Positions 1 through 9,351 of a DNA stretch of 64,000 bases are shown piece by piece; the first letter of the stretch is position 1; every line of letters begins with the position of its first letter. This stretch comes from an uncultured Acidobacteriota bacterium (GTDB lineage Bacteria; Acidobacteriota; Thermoanaerobaculia; Multivoradales; UBA5704). The stretch lies in assembly GCA_963799925.1 (NCBI GenBank), contig CAWCYZ010000004.1, positions 903,445 to 967,444 of the forward strand, given 5' to 3'. The position numbers and the translations under genes were made by a program. Under the pieces are notes generated by a model. That model saw only the letters and a program-made list of their open reading frames with translations, ran no database searches and was not told the DNA's origin.

Positions 1-1232
1 ATGAACAGGTCGTGCTCGGGATAGAGCGCGGGGAGCGTCATCGGGCTCTTGAAATAGAACGACAGCCACTCCTGGATCCCCGAGAATCCCGCCCGCCGCG
101 CCAGATCCAGGAAGAGCGCCAGATCGAGCACCAGCGGCGCGGCGAGGATGCTGTCGCGGCAGAGGAAGTTGATCTTGATCTGCATGGGGTAGCCCAGCCA
201 GCCGAAGATGTCGAGGTTGTCCCAGCCCTCCTTGTTGTCGCCGCGCGGCTTGTAATAATTGATCCGCACCTGGTGGCAGATGTCCCCGTAGAGGTCCGGA
301 TAGAGCGGCGGCTGGAGGATGTGCTCGAGCACCGAGAGCTTGCTCTCCTCCTTGGTCTTGAACGAGCCCGGATCGTCGAGCACCTCGCCGTCGCGGTTGC
401 CCAGGATGTTGGTCGAGAACCACCCCGAGAGCCCCAGCAGCCGGGCCTTGAGCCCCGGCGCCACGATCGTCTTCAAGAACGTCTGGCCGGTCTTGAAGTC
501 CTTGCCGCAGACCGGCACGCCGCGGCGCGCCGCGAGCTCCCGCATCGCCGGGACGTCGACGGTCAGATTGGGCGCGCCGTTGGCGAAGGGTATGCCCATC
601 GACAAGGCTGCATAGGCGTAGATCATGCTCGACGGGATCTGCGGGTCGTTCTCGCGCAGCCCGCGCTCGAAGCTGGCGACCGTCTCGTGAACAGCCGAGG
701 GCGCGAGGAAGATCTCGGTCGAGGCGCACCAGACCATCACCATCCGTGCGACCCGGCGCTCGGCCCCCCAGGCCTCGATCTCGGCGATGAGCTGTTCCGC
801 GAGATCCCACTTGGTCCGCCCCTCCTTGACGTGCGTCCCGGCGAGGCGCTTGACGTAGCGCGGGTCGAAGACGCCCTTCATCGGGCGGATCGCCGCGAGC
901 CGCGGGCGGAGCGTCTCCAGGAGGTCCTTCTCCAGCACTCCCGCCGTGCAGGCCGCCTCGTAGGCGTCATCCGGGAAGATGTCCCAGGCGCCGAGCTCGA
1001 GGTCGTCGAGAGTCGCCAGCGGCACGAAGTCGGCGATCCGCGGCACCCGGTTCTCGGTCCGCTTGCCGAGGCGGATGGTGCCCATCTGGGTGAGCGAGCC
1101 GATGGGCTTGCCCAGCCCCTGGCGGATCGCCTCGACGCCGGCGATGAACGTGGTGCTGACGGCGCCCAGCCCCACCAGCAGCACGCCCAGCTTGCCGTCC
1201 GCGGGCTCGATCTGCAGTCCCTTTCCGCTCAT
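1..1232 (-). CDS. ino1: myo-inositol-1-phosphate (inositol-3-phosphate) synthase; C-terminal end runs off the window start
   Basis: Own minus-strand translation from ATG at 1232-1230: MSGKGLQIEPADGKLGVLLVGLGAVSTTFIAGVEAIRQG...SMIYAYAALSMGIPFANGAPN...GKDFKTGQT...NILGNRDG...MQIKINFLCRDSILAAPLVLDLALFLDLA...PEHDLF. It is absent from the ORF track because no stop lies inside the window. The + ORF 12..1259 is its antisense shadow. Confidence 0.85.
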   Translation of the reverse strand, partial: MSGKGLQIEPADGKLGVLLVGLGAVSTTFIAGVEAIRQGLGKPIGSLTQMGTIRLGKRTENRVPRIADFVPLATLDDLELGAWDIFPDDAYEAACTAGVLEKDLLETLRPRLAAIRPMKGVFDPRYVKRLAGTHVKEGRTKWDLAEQLIAEIEAWGAERRVARMVMVWCASTEIFLAPSAVHETVASFERGLRENDPQIPSSMIYAYAALSMGIPFANGAPNLTVDVPAMRELAARRGVPVCGKDFKTGQTFLKTIVAPGLKARLLGLSGWFSTNILGNRDGEVLDDPGSFKTKEESKLSVLEHILQPPLYPDLYGDICHQVRINYYKPRGDNKEGWDNLDIFGWLGYPMQIKINFLCRDSILAAPLVLDLALFLDLARRAGFSGIQEWLSFYFKSPMTLPALYPEHDLF

Positions 1233-1422
1233 GGTCGATCACCTCTCGAAGCGAGGTAAGTAGACGCAAGGGTAGTGCCAGGGTGAGAAGAAAATGCCGC
1301 TTGGCGCGCCGTTCGGGTCGTCTTTACCGCCGCTGATCGTCGCGGTTCGCCATGGCAGGATAAGATCTGCACACGATTCCTTGCCATCCGGTCGCGCCTG
1401 CGGCCATCTCGGGAGGCGTACC

Positions 1423-2422
1423 ATGCAGCAGGAGATGAGCGCGACCGGCTTCGAGCCCCCGCCGGTCCCATACAAGGACCGCAGCAGCGCCCTCGTCGCC
1501 TTCGGCATCCTCGAGCTGCTCTTCGCCCTGGGCTGCCTATTCTTCATCGGCACGCTGCTGGTGAGCACCCGCCTGCACCCGGCCAACATGCCGCCGGGCT
1601 ATTCGCCGCCGAACCTCGCGCTGGCCTCCATGGTCTACCTGGTCGGAGCGGTGGCATTCGCCTGGCTGGGCGTCGGCTCGATCCTGGCGCGCCGCTGGGC
1701 TCGCGCCCTGAGCCTGGCCGTCGGCTGGCTCTGGCTGGCGTTCGGCGTCGTCGTCGGCGTCTTCCTGCTCGTGCTTGCGCCGCGGATCTTCGCCGCCATG
1801 CCGGCGCTGCCCTCCTCCGGCGCGCGGGCAGGCGCCCTGGGGTGCCTCGCTCTCACCTGGACGATCCCTTTCCTCTTGCTGCCGCTCGCTCTCGTGCTCT
1901 TCTATGGCGGCCGAAACGTGCGCCGCACCTGCGAGGCGCGCGATCCCCAGCCGCGCTGGACCGACCGTTGCCCCGTCCCGGTGCTGGCGCTGGCCCTGAT
2001 GTCCGCCGTGGCGATACCCACGCTCATCCTGTCCAGCCTCCATCCGGCCTTTCCCTTCTTCGGCCGGACCTTGACCGGCCCGCCGGCGGCGGCCGCCTTG
2101 CTCGTCCTCGCGGCGCTCGAGGCCGCGGTCGCCTGGGGCCTCTACCGCCTGCGGCCGGCCGCGTGGTGGGGGAGGCTCGCTCTCTGGCTGTTCAGCGGCG
2201 TCTCCTCCTTCTTCATCTTCTACCGCGGCATGGACTGGGAGGCGGCCTTCCGCGCCTCGGGGCAGCCCGACAACCCGGCGGTGCGCCAGATGATGACCGG
2301 CGTGTTCCACGACCCGCTCTTCCTCGGCGCCGTCGGTCCTCGTGGGCGTCGCGGGCCTCGGCTACATGCTGTGGATCCGGCGGTACTTCGTGCCGCGGAC
2401 GTCCCTCAGGGCGGCGCCATGA
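1423..2422 (+). CDS. polytopic membrane protein of unknown function (needs a 1-nt frame correction near 2330)
   Basis: Within ORF 1294..2457. SD gggagg lies 7 nt before ATG 1423. The translation is a series of hydrophobic helices (ALVAFGILELLFALGCLFFIGTLLV, LAVGWLWLAFGVVVGVFLLVLAP, and so on). After HDPLFLGAV the frame degenerates. Comparison with the duplicated copy at 3468.. shows one extra nt here; the corrected frame reads ...GLGYMLWIRRYFVPRTSLRAAP-stop at 2422. Confidence 0.6.
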
Positions 2423-2570
2423 CCTTGATCGCCCGGCGCTCGTTCATCGCCCGATAGCCGTCGGGAACCTCGTCGAGGCGGATGGCCCGGTCGAGGACGC
2501 GGCCGGGTTCGATCCTGCCCGCGAGGACGTCGGGGAGCAGCTCCGCGATGTAGGCGCGGACCGCGGCGAC
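2216..2570. repeat. segmental duplication, copy 1 (3' end of the membrane-protein gene plus a 3' fragment of the alcohol dehydrogenase gene)
   Basis: A ~355-bp stretch aligns by eye with 3468..3820 at roughly 90% identity in direct orientation (ttctaccgcggcat...gatgtaggcgcggacc). Confidence 0.85.
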
Positions 2571-2580
2571 GATCCCGCGG
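2406..2580 (-). pseudogene. C-terminal remnant (~58 codons) of the Zn-dependent alcohol dehydrogenase
   Basis: ORF 2406..2648 ends ...VRAYIAELLPDVLAGRIEPGRVLDRAIRLDEVPDGYRAMNERRAIKVMAPP, nearly identical to the C-terminus of the intact ADH at 3652..4686. Upstream of VRAYI the similarity is lost. Confidence 0.75.
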
Positions 2581-2749
2581 TCGACGAGGCTGCGGGAGAC
2601 CCACCACGCGCGGATGGCCGCGCTCGCCCAGGGCCGCGTCCTGCGCAACCAGCTCGCGGCGCTCCTACGCAGGGCTCCCTGGGCTCGAGAGAGACCGGCT
2701 GGTCGCGTTCGGCGTCGCGCCGCGGCGGCGCCACTCCCGCCGCCTAGCC

Positions 2750-3300
2750 GCTGCGGCGGCGAAGGCCGACGGGCCGCCGGTGAGCTGAGATGGCGGAAGG
2801 GCTCGCGTCGTCCCGCGACGCGAGCCCTCTTCCGGGAAGGGCCGGGCTCTTCCCCTTCCCGCCCGCCCTCTTCCGGGAAGAGCCGGGGTTATCCGGGAAG
2901 AGCCGGGGTTTTCCCGCGGCTCGCGAGCTCTTCCGGGAAGGGTTGCCCCCTTCCGGTTGCGCCCCGCCCGCTTCCGGGAAGAACTCATTTTTTCCTCTTA
3001 GGCGCCGTCTCTTCCTGGAAGACCCGCACGCTTCCGCTCGCCCGCCGAGCGGCCGCCCGAATCCGTCGCCGGTCGGGCTTCCCGCGCGCGCGCCGGGCTT
3101 CCCGGCCGCGCGCTCGTCCTCCCGTTCGCGCGCCGAGCTTCCCGACGCGCGCGCCCGGCTTCCGCTCGATGCGCTCGCCTTCCCGTCCGCGCGCTGGGCT
3201 ACCGCGTCGCGCGCCGGGTTCCCGCTCGATTCGCTGGGCTACCGCGCCGGGCGCTGGGCGCCGCGCGACCGCGCTGCCGCGGCGCGGATCGGATTGGATC
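2750..3300. repeat. non-coding block built of short palindromic words (CTTCCGGGAAG family)
   Basis: cttccgggaag occurs at 2829, 2870, 2930 and 2971, with a degenerate atccgggaag at 2891. A tandem 20-mer tccgggaagagccggggtt occurs twice. Further on are repeated gggcttccc / cgcgcgcgcc words. No frame gives a protein-like translation. Confidence 0.7.
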
Positions 3301-3467
3301 AGTGAGGGTGAGGCCCAAGCGCGTAGGCTGTGGTGCGCGCAGCGAACCCCAGCCGTAGAGACGCCCCAGTCCGTGACCACCAACCTACCGAGGCCACCGC
3401 CGTCGGGGCGTCTCCCGCCACAACGGCCACCACCGCTGTTCAGCGGCGCCTCCACCGCGCTCACCTT

Positions 3468-3820
3468 CTATCGCGGCATCGACTGGGAGGCGGCCTGCCG
3501 CGCCTCGGGGCAGCCCGACAAACCGGCGGTGCGCCAGATGATGACCGGCATGTTCCACGACCCGCTCTTCCTCGGCGTCATCGTCCTCGCGAGCGTCGCG
3601 GGCCTCGGCTACATGCTCTGGATCCGGCGGTACTTCGTGCCGCGGAGGTCCTCAGGGCTGCACCATGACCTTGATCGCCTGGCGCTCGTTCATCGCTCGA
3701 TAGCCGTCGGGAACCTCGTCGAGGCGGATGGCCCGGTCGAAGACGCGGCCGGGTTCGATCCTGCCCGCGAGGACGTCGGGGAGCAGCTCCGCGATGTAGG
3801 CGCGGACCGGGGCGGGGCCG
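3468..3820. repeat. segmental duplication, copy 2 (orphan 3' fragment of the membrane-protein gene, 3468..3651, plus the genuine 3' end of the ADH gene)
   Basis: Aligns with 2216..2570. The + frame gives FYRGIDWEAACRASGQPDKPAVRQMMTGMFHDPLFLGVIVLASVAGLGYMLWIRRYFVPR, with no upstream N-terminal part of the gene. Confidence 0.85.
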
Positions 3821-4686
3821 CCGCTGACGGTGACGTTGTTGTAGAACGCCGGCAGCGAGGCGGGAATCGCCTCGTAGTGGGGGACGCCGACGCGGCCGAT
3901 GGCGCCGCCCGGACGGGCGATGCCGATCGCGGTGAGCATGGCCACGTCGGTGCCGACGCACTCGAGGACGGAGTGGACGCCGAAGCCACCGGTCAGCTCG
4001 CGCACGCGGTCCACCGCCTCCTCGCCGCGCTCGGCGACGACGTCCGTCGCGCCGAGCTCTTGTGCCAGCGCGATGCGGTCGGGATGGCGGCCCAGGAGGA
4101 CGATCCGCTCGGCGCCGAGGCGCCGGGCGGCGATGACGCCGCACAGGCCGACGGCGCCGTCACCGACGACCGCCACCGTCCTGCCGCGGCCGGCCCTGGC
4201 GGCGCGGGCCGCGTGATGGCCCGTCCCCATCACGTCGGAGAGCGTGAGGAGCGACGGCATCAACGCGTCGTCCGCGTCGACCGGCAGGACGACGAGCGTT
4301 CCGTCGGCCTGGGGGACGCGCACCGCCTCGGCCTGCGCTCCGGCGACCTCGACCGTGCCGAAGAACCCGCCGTGGGTGCACGACGTGTGCAGTCCCTCGC
4401 GGCAGAAGACGCAGGTGCCGTCGGAGTAGGCGAACGGCATCACGACCACGTCGCCGGCCTTCAGGGTGCGGACGTCGGCGCCCACGGCCTCGACGACGCC
4501 GATCGCCTCGTGGCCCATGCGGCGGCCGGTCTCCTCCGGCTCCATCAGGTTGTACGGCCAGAGATCGCTGCCGCAGATGCAGGCGCGGCGGACGGCGACG
4601 AGCGCGTCGGTCGGCTCGCTCAGGCCGGCGTCGGGGACGGTCTCGACGCGGACGTCCCCGGCGCCGTACATCACGGTGGCGCGCAC
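3652..4686 (-). CDS. Zn-dependent alcohol dehydrogenase (MDR superfamily)
   Basis: 344-aa ORF with GHEAIGVVEAVG (the GHE zinc-ligand motif), the Cys-rich ICGSDLW / CVFCREG segment, and the VVGDGAVGL Rossmann motif. Confidence 0.9.
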   Translation of the reverse strand: MRATVMYGAGDVRVETVPDAGLSEPTDALVAVRRACICGSDLWPYNLMEPEETGRRMGHEAIGVVEAVGADVRTLKAGDVVVMPFAYSDGTCVFCREGLHTSCTHGGFFGTVEVAGAQAEAVRVPQADGTLVVLPVDADDALMPSLLTLSDVMGTGHHAARAARAGRGRTVAVVGDGAVGLCGVIAARRLGAERIVLLGRHPDRIALAQELGATDVVAERGEEAVDRVRELTGGFGVHSVLECVGTDVAMLTAIGIARPGGAIGRVGVPHYEAIPASLPAFYNNVTVSGGPAPVRAYIAELLPDVLAGRIEPGRVFDRAIRLDEVPDGYRAMNERQAIKVMVQP

Positions 4687-4692
4687 GGCGCT

Positions 4693-5163
4693 CTACCTCG
4701 CCTTTCCGGCGAGCGCGGGCTGCTCGACGGCGAACGACGCGGCGGGCTCGCGGCGGGCGTCGGTCTGCCGGGCCTGGTACTGTTCGTCGCTGACCTTCTC
4801 CATCCAGTCCACGGCCTTGCCGGCGAGCCGTTCCTGAATCGCGATGTGCGTCATGGCGGTGGTTGCCGTGGCACCGTGCCAATGCTTCTCCCCCGGCGGG
4901 AACCAGATCACGTCCCCGGGCCGGATCTCCTCGACCGGCCCGCCCCAGCGCTGCGCCAGACCGCCGCCAGCCGTCACGATCAGGGTCTGGCCCAGCGGGT
5001 GGGTGTGCCATGCCGTCCGGGCGCTCGGCTCGAACGTGACGCTCGCCCCGGCCACCCGTGCCGGATCGGGCGCCTGGAACAGAGGGTCGATGCGTACGGT
5101 GCCGGTGAAGTACTCGGCCGGTCCTCCGCCGGAGGGTTGGGAGCCGCTTCGCTTGATGTCCAT
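4693..5163 (-). CDS. cupin-domain protein
   Basis: 156-aa ORF with the cupin motifs [17 protein letters not shown] and [17 protein letters not shown]. It lies 6 nt upstream of the ADH start on the same strand. Confidence 0.8.
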   Translation of the reverse strand: MDIKRSGSQPSGGGPAEYFTGTVRIDPLFQAPDPARVAGASVTFEPSARTAWHTHPLGQTLIVTAGGGLAQRWGGPVEEIRPGDVIWFPPGEKHWHGATATTAMTHIAIQERLAGKAVDWMEKVSDEQYQARQTDARREPAASFAVEQPALAGKAR

Positions 5164-5289
5164 TGCGCGTCCTTCCTTCGGAAAGCTGCTGTCGGTATTG
5201 CCAAACCGCAGCGGGTGAGCTCCTCCGCGGTCAAAGCAGCAGCAAGTCCCGCGCCTGGGCGGGAGCGGCGCTAAATCGAGACGAGCCCA

Positions 5290-5940
5290 TAAGAAATGGC
5301 ACGGCTCCGTAAGGCTTCCCTTGAGGAGGCTTCCCTAAAGGAAAGGCGTTTCGGAGCTTGGGACGCCGATCTGGCGGACATCCTCGCGGCGAAGCGAAAT
5401 CGGCGCCAATTCGGCGTCGCCGGCTCGCGGCGAAGCCTCGCCGGCCGGCGGCGAAGCTTCGCCGAGCCCCGCCCTGACTTCGCCGCACGGCGGCATGGGC
5501 GCGCGCCGCGGCATCTCGACCCTGCCGAGGCGGATTTTCCTCTCGCCGGGCGGCGGCGAGCCCTCGCCGCCTGGATACTCGGGCTCGCCGCGAGCCGGCG
5601 GCCTCGCGCCGAGCGACAATCTGGCAGCGCGCCGCCTCGGCGAAGCCTCGATTCCTCGCGGCGAAGCCTCGCCGCCGGCCGGCGCGCTCACGCCGCAGCG
5701 CCGCGATGCCGCGTCGCGGCGAGCCGTGGCGACCACGCCGGGCCGCATTCCCACGAGCGCTCCCGGCATCCTCACGAGCCTTGGCGGCATCGAGACGCCG
5801 CGTCTCGCCGCGGTCAGGCCGCGACCCGGCGAGGTCGGGTCATCGCGCGGCGGCGGGGTCGAGCCGCCGCCCGTACTGGCCGCGTGGCCGCTCCCGTCAG
5901 GCGCCGTGGCATGCGTTGAATCAGGTGAAATCGGTCTTGG
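5290..5940. repeat. non-coding block of palindromic words (GGCGAAGC(C/T)TCGCC family)
   Basis: gcggcgaagcctcgccg / gcggcgaagcttcgccg occur at about 5428, 5448, 5639 and 5659, plus related words (ggcgagccctcgcc, ggctcgccgcgagcc). Translations in all frames are low-complexity R/A/P/G. Confidence 0.65.
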
Positions 5941-5980
5941 CTATACCGCGGGGTGTGGGCTCCGCGCCGGCCGCCCGCAG

Positions 5981-7108
5981 TCAGCTCTCCAGCCGGTCGA
6001 TCCGCCCCTTCGCCGTCGCCTTCCCGGCGGTCGCGCCGAGGATGCGGACGCCGTCCAGGAGATGGGCGAAGCGCTCGTCGCGGGTGAGGCCGCGGCGGTA
6101 GCGGGCGTAGATCTGCTGGGCGATCACCGCGAGCTTGGCCAACCCGAAGATGTAGAAGAAGAGGATGTCGCCCGGCTCGCGGCCGGTCGCCCGCGCGTAG
6201 CGCTCGGCGACCGCGGCGCGGGAGAGGTTGCCCGGCCGCGCCGTGGGGCCGAAGGCGAGGGCCTGGAGGGGAGGCGCGTCGTCGGGGTCGACCCAGCAGG
6301 CGAGGGTATAGCCGAGGTCCATGCGCGGGTCGCCGGTCGTCGCCATCTCCCAGTCGAGCACCGCGACGACGCGCGAGAGGTCGGGGGCGAAGACCAGGTT
6401 GTCGTACTTGTAGTCGTTGTGGAGGAGGGCCGGCGGGCCGCTCGCGGCCGGGATGCGCTCGCCGAGCCAGGCGAAGGCGCGATCGATCTCCGGCACGTCG
6501 TCGGTCCGCGCGGCGCGCCAGCGCTCGCCCCAGCCGGCGACCTGCCGCGCCGCATAGCCTGCCGGCCGGCCGAGGTCGGCGAGCCCGGCGGCGTCGAGGT
6601 CGATCCCGTGCAGCTCGGCCAGGCCGTCGACCGCCGCTGTCGAGAGATGGCGCATGGTCTCCGGCGGGAGGTCGAGGCCGCCGGCCCGGCGGTCGCGGAG
6701 CACCACCCCGCGCACCCGCTCCATCAGATAGAAGGGGGCGCCGATCACCGCCGGATCGTCGCAGCCGAGGAGCGGGGAGGGCGCCTTGGGGTAGACCGGC
6801 GCGAGCTTCGCGAGCACCCGGAGCTCGCGCCCCATGTCGTGCGCGGTGCGGACCGTCGAGCCCGCCGGCGGGCGGCGCAGCACCAGCTCGCGGCCGCCCC
6901 AGCGGAGGAGATAGGTGAGGTTCGAATGGCCGCCGGGGAACTGGGCGATCTCGAGCCGGGCGTCCGGGGCTCCCGGGCCGTCCTCGTCCGTGGCCGGGGT
7001 GAGCTTCGAGCCGAGATGCTCGCTGAGCCAGCGGGCGAGCGGCTCGGCGGGCAGCTCCTCGCCGGGGCGGACCGGCCGGGTCTCGGCGAGGGGCGGCGCG
7101 GTTTCCAT
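5981..7108 (-). CDS. phosphotransferase-family kinase (APH-like, of the type paired with acyl-CoA dehydrogenases)
   Basis: 375-aa ORF with the Brenner-type catalytic loop LLHNDYKYDNLVF and the LDWEMAT metal-binding motif. It lies immediately downstream of the ACAD gene on the same strand. Confidence 0.8.
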   Translation of the reverse strand: METAPPLAETRPVRPGEELPAEPLARWLSEHLGSKLTPATDEDGPGAPDARLEIAQFPGGHSNLTYLLRWGGRELVLRRPPAGSTVRTAHDMGRELRVLAKLAPVYPKAPSPLLGCDDPAVIGAPFYLMERVRGVVLRDRRAGGLDLPPETMRHLSTAAVDGLAELHGIDLDAAGLADLGRPAGYAARQVAGWGERWRAARTDDVPEIDRAFAWLGERIPAASGPPALLHNDYKYDNLVFAPDLSRVVAVLDWEMATTGDPRMDLGYTLACWVDPDDAPPLQALAFGPTARPGNLSRAAVAERYARATGREPGDILFFYIFGLAKLAVIAQQIYARYRRGLTRDERFAHLLDGVRILGATAGKATAKGRIDRLES

Positions 7109-7121
7109 CCCTCGCCCCGCC

Positions 7122-8351
7122 TTACCCTGGAACCTTCCCGGCCGGCGCCGCGGCCGCTCCGTCCGCGTAGCGCGCCAGGATGCGCTTGGCGACGGCGGTC
7201 TTGTGCACCTCGTCGGGGCCGTCGTAGATGCGCGCCCCGCGCTCGTGCCGCCACCAGAAGGCGAGCGGCGTCTCGTCGGTGAGGCCGAGGGCGCCGTGGA
7301 CCTGGATGGCGCGGTCGAGCACCCGCTCGAGCACGCCCGCCACCTGGAACTTGATGAGCGCGACGTCGTCGCGCGCCGCCGCGGCGCCCTCGCGGTCGAT
7401 CCGCCAGGCGGTCCGCAGGACCAGCAGGCGCGCGGCGTCGATCTCGGCGCGGCTCTCGGCGACCCAGAGCTGCACCGCCTGGCGGCCGGCGAGCGGCTCG
7501 CCCGGCGCCAGCTCGCGCCCGGCCGCCCGCGCGCACATCAGGTCGAAGGCGCGCTCGCAGATGCCGATCCAGCGCATCGCGTGGTGGATGCGCCCCGGCC
7601 CCAGCCGCTCCTGGGCGAGGGTGAAGCCGGCGCCCTCGTCGCCCAGGCGGTCCGCCGCCGGCACGCGGACGCCCGTGAAGCGCACCTCGGCGTGGCTCGC
7701 CCAGCCGGCGCCCGCCTCGCCCATCACCGGCAGGTTGCGGACGAGCTGGAAGCCCGGCGCGTCCGTCGGCACCACGAGGAGGCTGGCGCGGCGGTGGCGC
7801 GGCGCGTCGCGGTCGGTCACCGCCATCACCACGGCGAAGGCGGCGCCGTCCGCCCCCGAGGTGAACCACTTGTGGCCGTCGAGGACGTAGCCGTCCCCCT
7901 CGCGCCGCGCGGTGGTCTCGAGCCAGGCGGGGTTCGAGCCGGCCCGCTCCGGCTCGGTCATCGCGAAGCAGCTCCGCACCCGCCCGGCAGCGAGCGGCCG
8001 CAGCCAGCGCTCCTGCTGCGCCGTGCTGCCGTGGTGCAGGAGCACCTCCATGTTGCCGGCATCGGGCGCCTGGCAGTTCGCGGCGAGGTGGCCGAGGATC
8101 GAGCGGCCGAGCTCCTCGCCGACCGCCGCGAAGGCGAGGAGCGAGAGCCCGCCGCCGCCGTACTCGGCCGGCAGATGGGGGACGAGGAGCCCCAGCGCCC
8201 GCGCCCGCTCGCGGAGGCGCGGCAGCTCGCTCTCGACCGCGCCGTAGCCCGCGGCGAGGAAGGCGCGCTCGACCGGCAGGACCTCGACGGCGACGAAGTC
8301 GCGCGCCACGGCGGCGAGCTGGCGCGCCCGCGGCTCCGGCTCGAAGTCCAT
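7122..8351 (-). CDS. acyl-CoA dehydrogenase
   Basis: 409-aa ORF with typical ACAD composition and segments (CFAMTEPERAGSNPA, GHKWFTSGADGA, IYDGPDEVHKTAVAKRIL). Confidence 0.85.
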   Translation of the reverse strand: MDFEPEPRARQLAAVARDFVAVEVLPVERAFLAAGYGAVESELPRLRERARALGLLVPHLPAEYGGGGLSLLAFAAVGEELGRSILGHLAANCQAPDAGNMEVLLHHGSTAQQERWLRPLAAGRVRSCFAMTEPERAGSNPAWLETTARREGDGYVLDGHKWFTSGADGAAFAVVMAVTDRDAPRHRRASLLVVPTDAPGFQLVRNLPVMGEAGAGWASHAEVRFTGVRVPAADRLGDEGAGFTLAQERLGPGRIHHAMRWIGICERAFDLMCARAAGRELAPGEPLAGRQAVQLWVAESRAEIDAARLLVLRTAWRIDREGAAAARDDVALIKFQVAGVLERVLDRAIQVHGALGLTDETPLAFWWRHERGARIYDGPDEVHKTAVAKRILARYADGAAAAPAGKVPG

Positions 8352-8423
8352 GCCGGGTTCCTATCACATCGGATCGCCGGTCACCTCTATGGATCTCCGG
8401 GCATCGCGGGTATCCTTCCGCGC

Positions 8424-9332
8424 GTGCCGATCCCCTACGCCGGCCAGCTTGCCGCCCTGGGCACCGCCGGCTGCTGGGCCGCCTCCACGCTGGCGTTCGA
8501 CGCCGCCTGTCAACGGATCGGCTCGCTCGCCGTCAACATCCTGCGCCTGCTCGTCGCCTTCGTCCTCCTCGCCGCCGCCTGCCAGGTGCTCCGCGGCCGG
8601 GCGCTGCCGCTCGACGCCAGCCCTCACGCCTGGCTCTGGCTGGCGCTCTCCGGTCTCGCCGGCTTCGCCTTCGGTGACCTCTGTCTGCTGCGCGCCTACG
8701 CCTTCCTCGGGCCGCGGCTCGCCGCCCTGATGATGTCGCTGGCGCCGCCGATGACGGCCGCCATCGGCTGGCTCCTCCTCGGCGAGCGGCTGTCCGCGCG
8801 CCAGCTCCTGGGCATGGCGCTGACCGTCGCCGGCATCGGGATCGCCATCCTCGAGCGCCCGCGGGCCGCCGCGGCGACGGCGCCCGGCCAGGGCGGCCAC
8901 CGGACGGCGGGGGTCGCGCTGGGGGCGGGCGGCGCCCTCGGCCAGGCGGGCGGGCTGGTGCTCTCGAAGCTCGGCATGGGCTCCTACGACCCCGTCGCCG
9001 CGACCCAGATACGGGTCCTCGCCGGCATCGCCGCCTACGCCGTCATCCTCCTCGCCGTCGGCTGGTGGCCGCGGGTGCGCTCCGCGCTCGCCGACCGCGC
9101 GGCGATGGGCTACACCTCGATCGGCGCCTTCTTCGGCCCTTTTCTCGGCGTCTCGCTGTCGCTCTTCGCCGTCCAGCGGACGCTCTCCGGCGTCGCCGCG
9201 AGCCTGATGGCGACCACCCCCATCCTGGTCATCCCGGCGGTCGTCGTGCTGCACGGCGAGCGCGTCGGCTGGGGCGGCCTCGCCGGCACGGGCGTCGCCG
9301 TGGGCGGCGTCGCCCTGCTGTTCCTCGGATGA
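8424..9332 (+). CDS. EamA/DMT-family transporter
   Basis: C-terminal part of ORF 6915..9332, starting from GTG 8424. About 10 hydrophobic helices in two similar halves (GLAGFAFGDLCLLRAYAFLG...; GAFFGPFLGVSLSLFAVQ...). The start codon is uncertain. Confidence 0.65.
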   Translation: MPIPYAGQLAALGTAGCWAASTLAFDAACQRIGSLAVNILRLLVAFVLLAAACQVLRGRALPLDASPHAWLWLALSGLAGFAFGDLCLLRAYAFLGPRLAALMMSLAPPMTAAIGWLLLGERLSARQLLGMALTVAGIGIAILERPRAAAATAPGQGGHRTAGVALGAGGALGQAGGLVLSKLGMGSYDPVAATQIRVLAGIAAYAVILLAVGWWPRVRSALADRAAMGYTSIGAFFGPFLGVSLSLFAVQRTLSGVAASLMATTPILVIPAVVVLHGERVGWGGLAGTGVAVGGVALLFLG

Positions 9333-9351
9333 CCGCCGCGGCGGAGGAGCG

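Noticed and set aside
12-1259. 415-aa + strand ORF covering the start of the window
   Set aside because: The translation is R/E/L/G-rich nonsense. It is the antisense shadow of the inositol-phosphate synthase gene, which I read on the minus strand.
2505-2515. tRNA T-arm-like gggttcgatcc (also at 3751-3761)
   Set aside because: Both lie inside the ADH coding sequence and its duplicated remnant. No acceptor or anticodon arms can be drawn around them.
2614-5274. 886-aa + strand ORF
   Set aside because: It runs through the palindromic repeat block and then antisense through the ADH and cupin genes. The sequence is low-complexity R/A/P/G with no motifs.
5296-7282. ORFs of 207-595 aa across the 5.3-5.9 kb repeat block
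   Set aside because: They are low-complexity translations generated by the palindromic words and by the antisense of the kinase gene, and are not protein-like.
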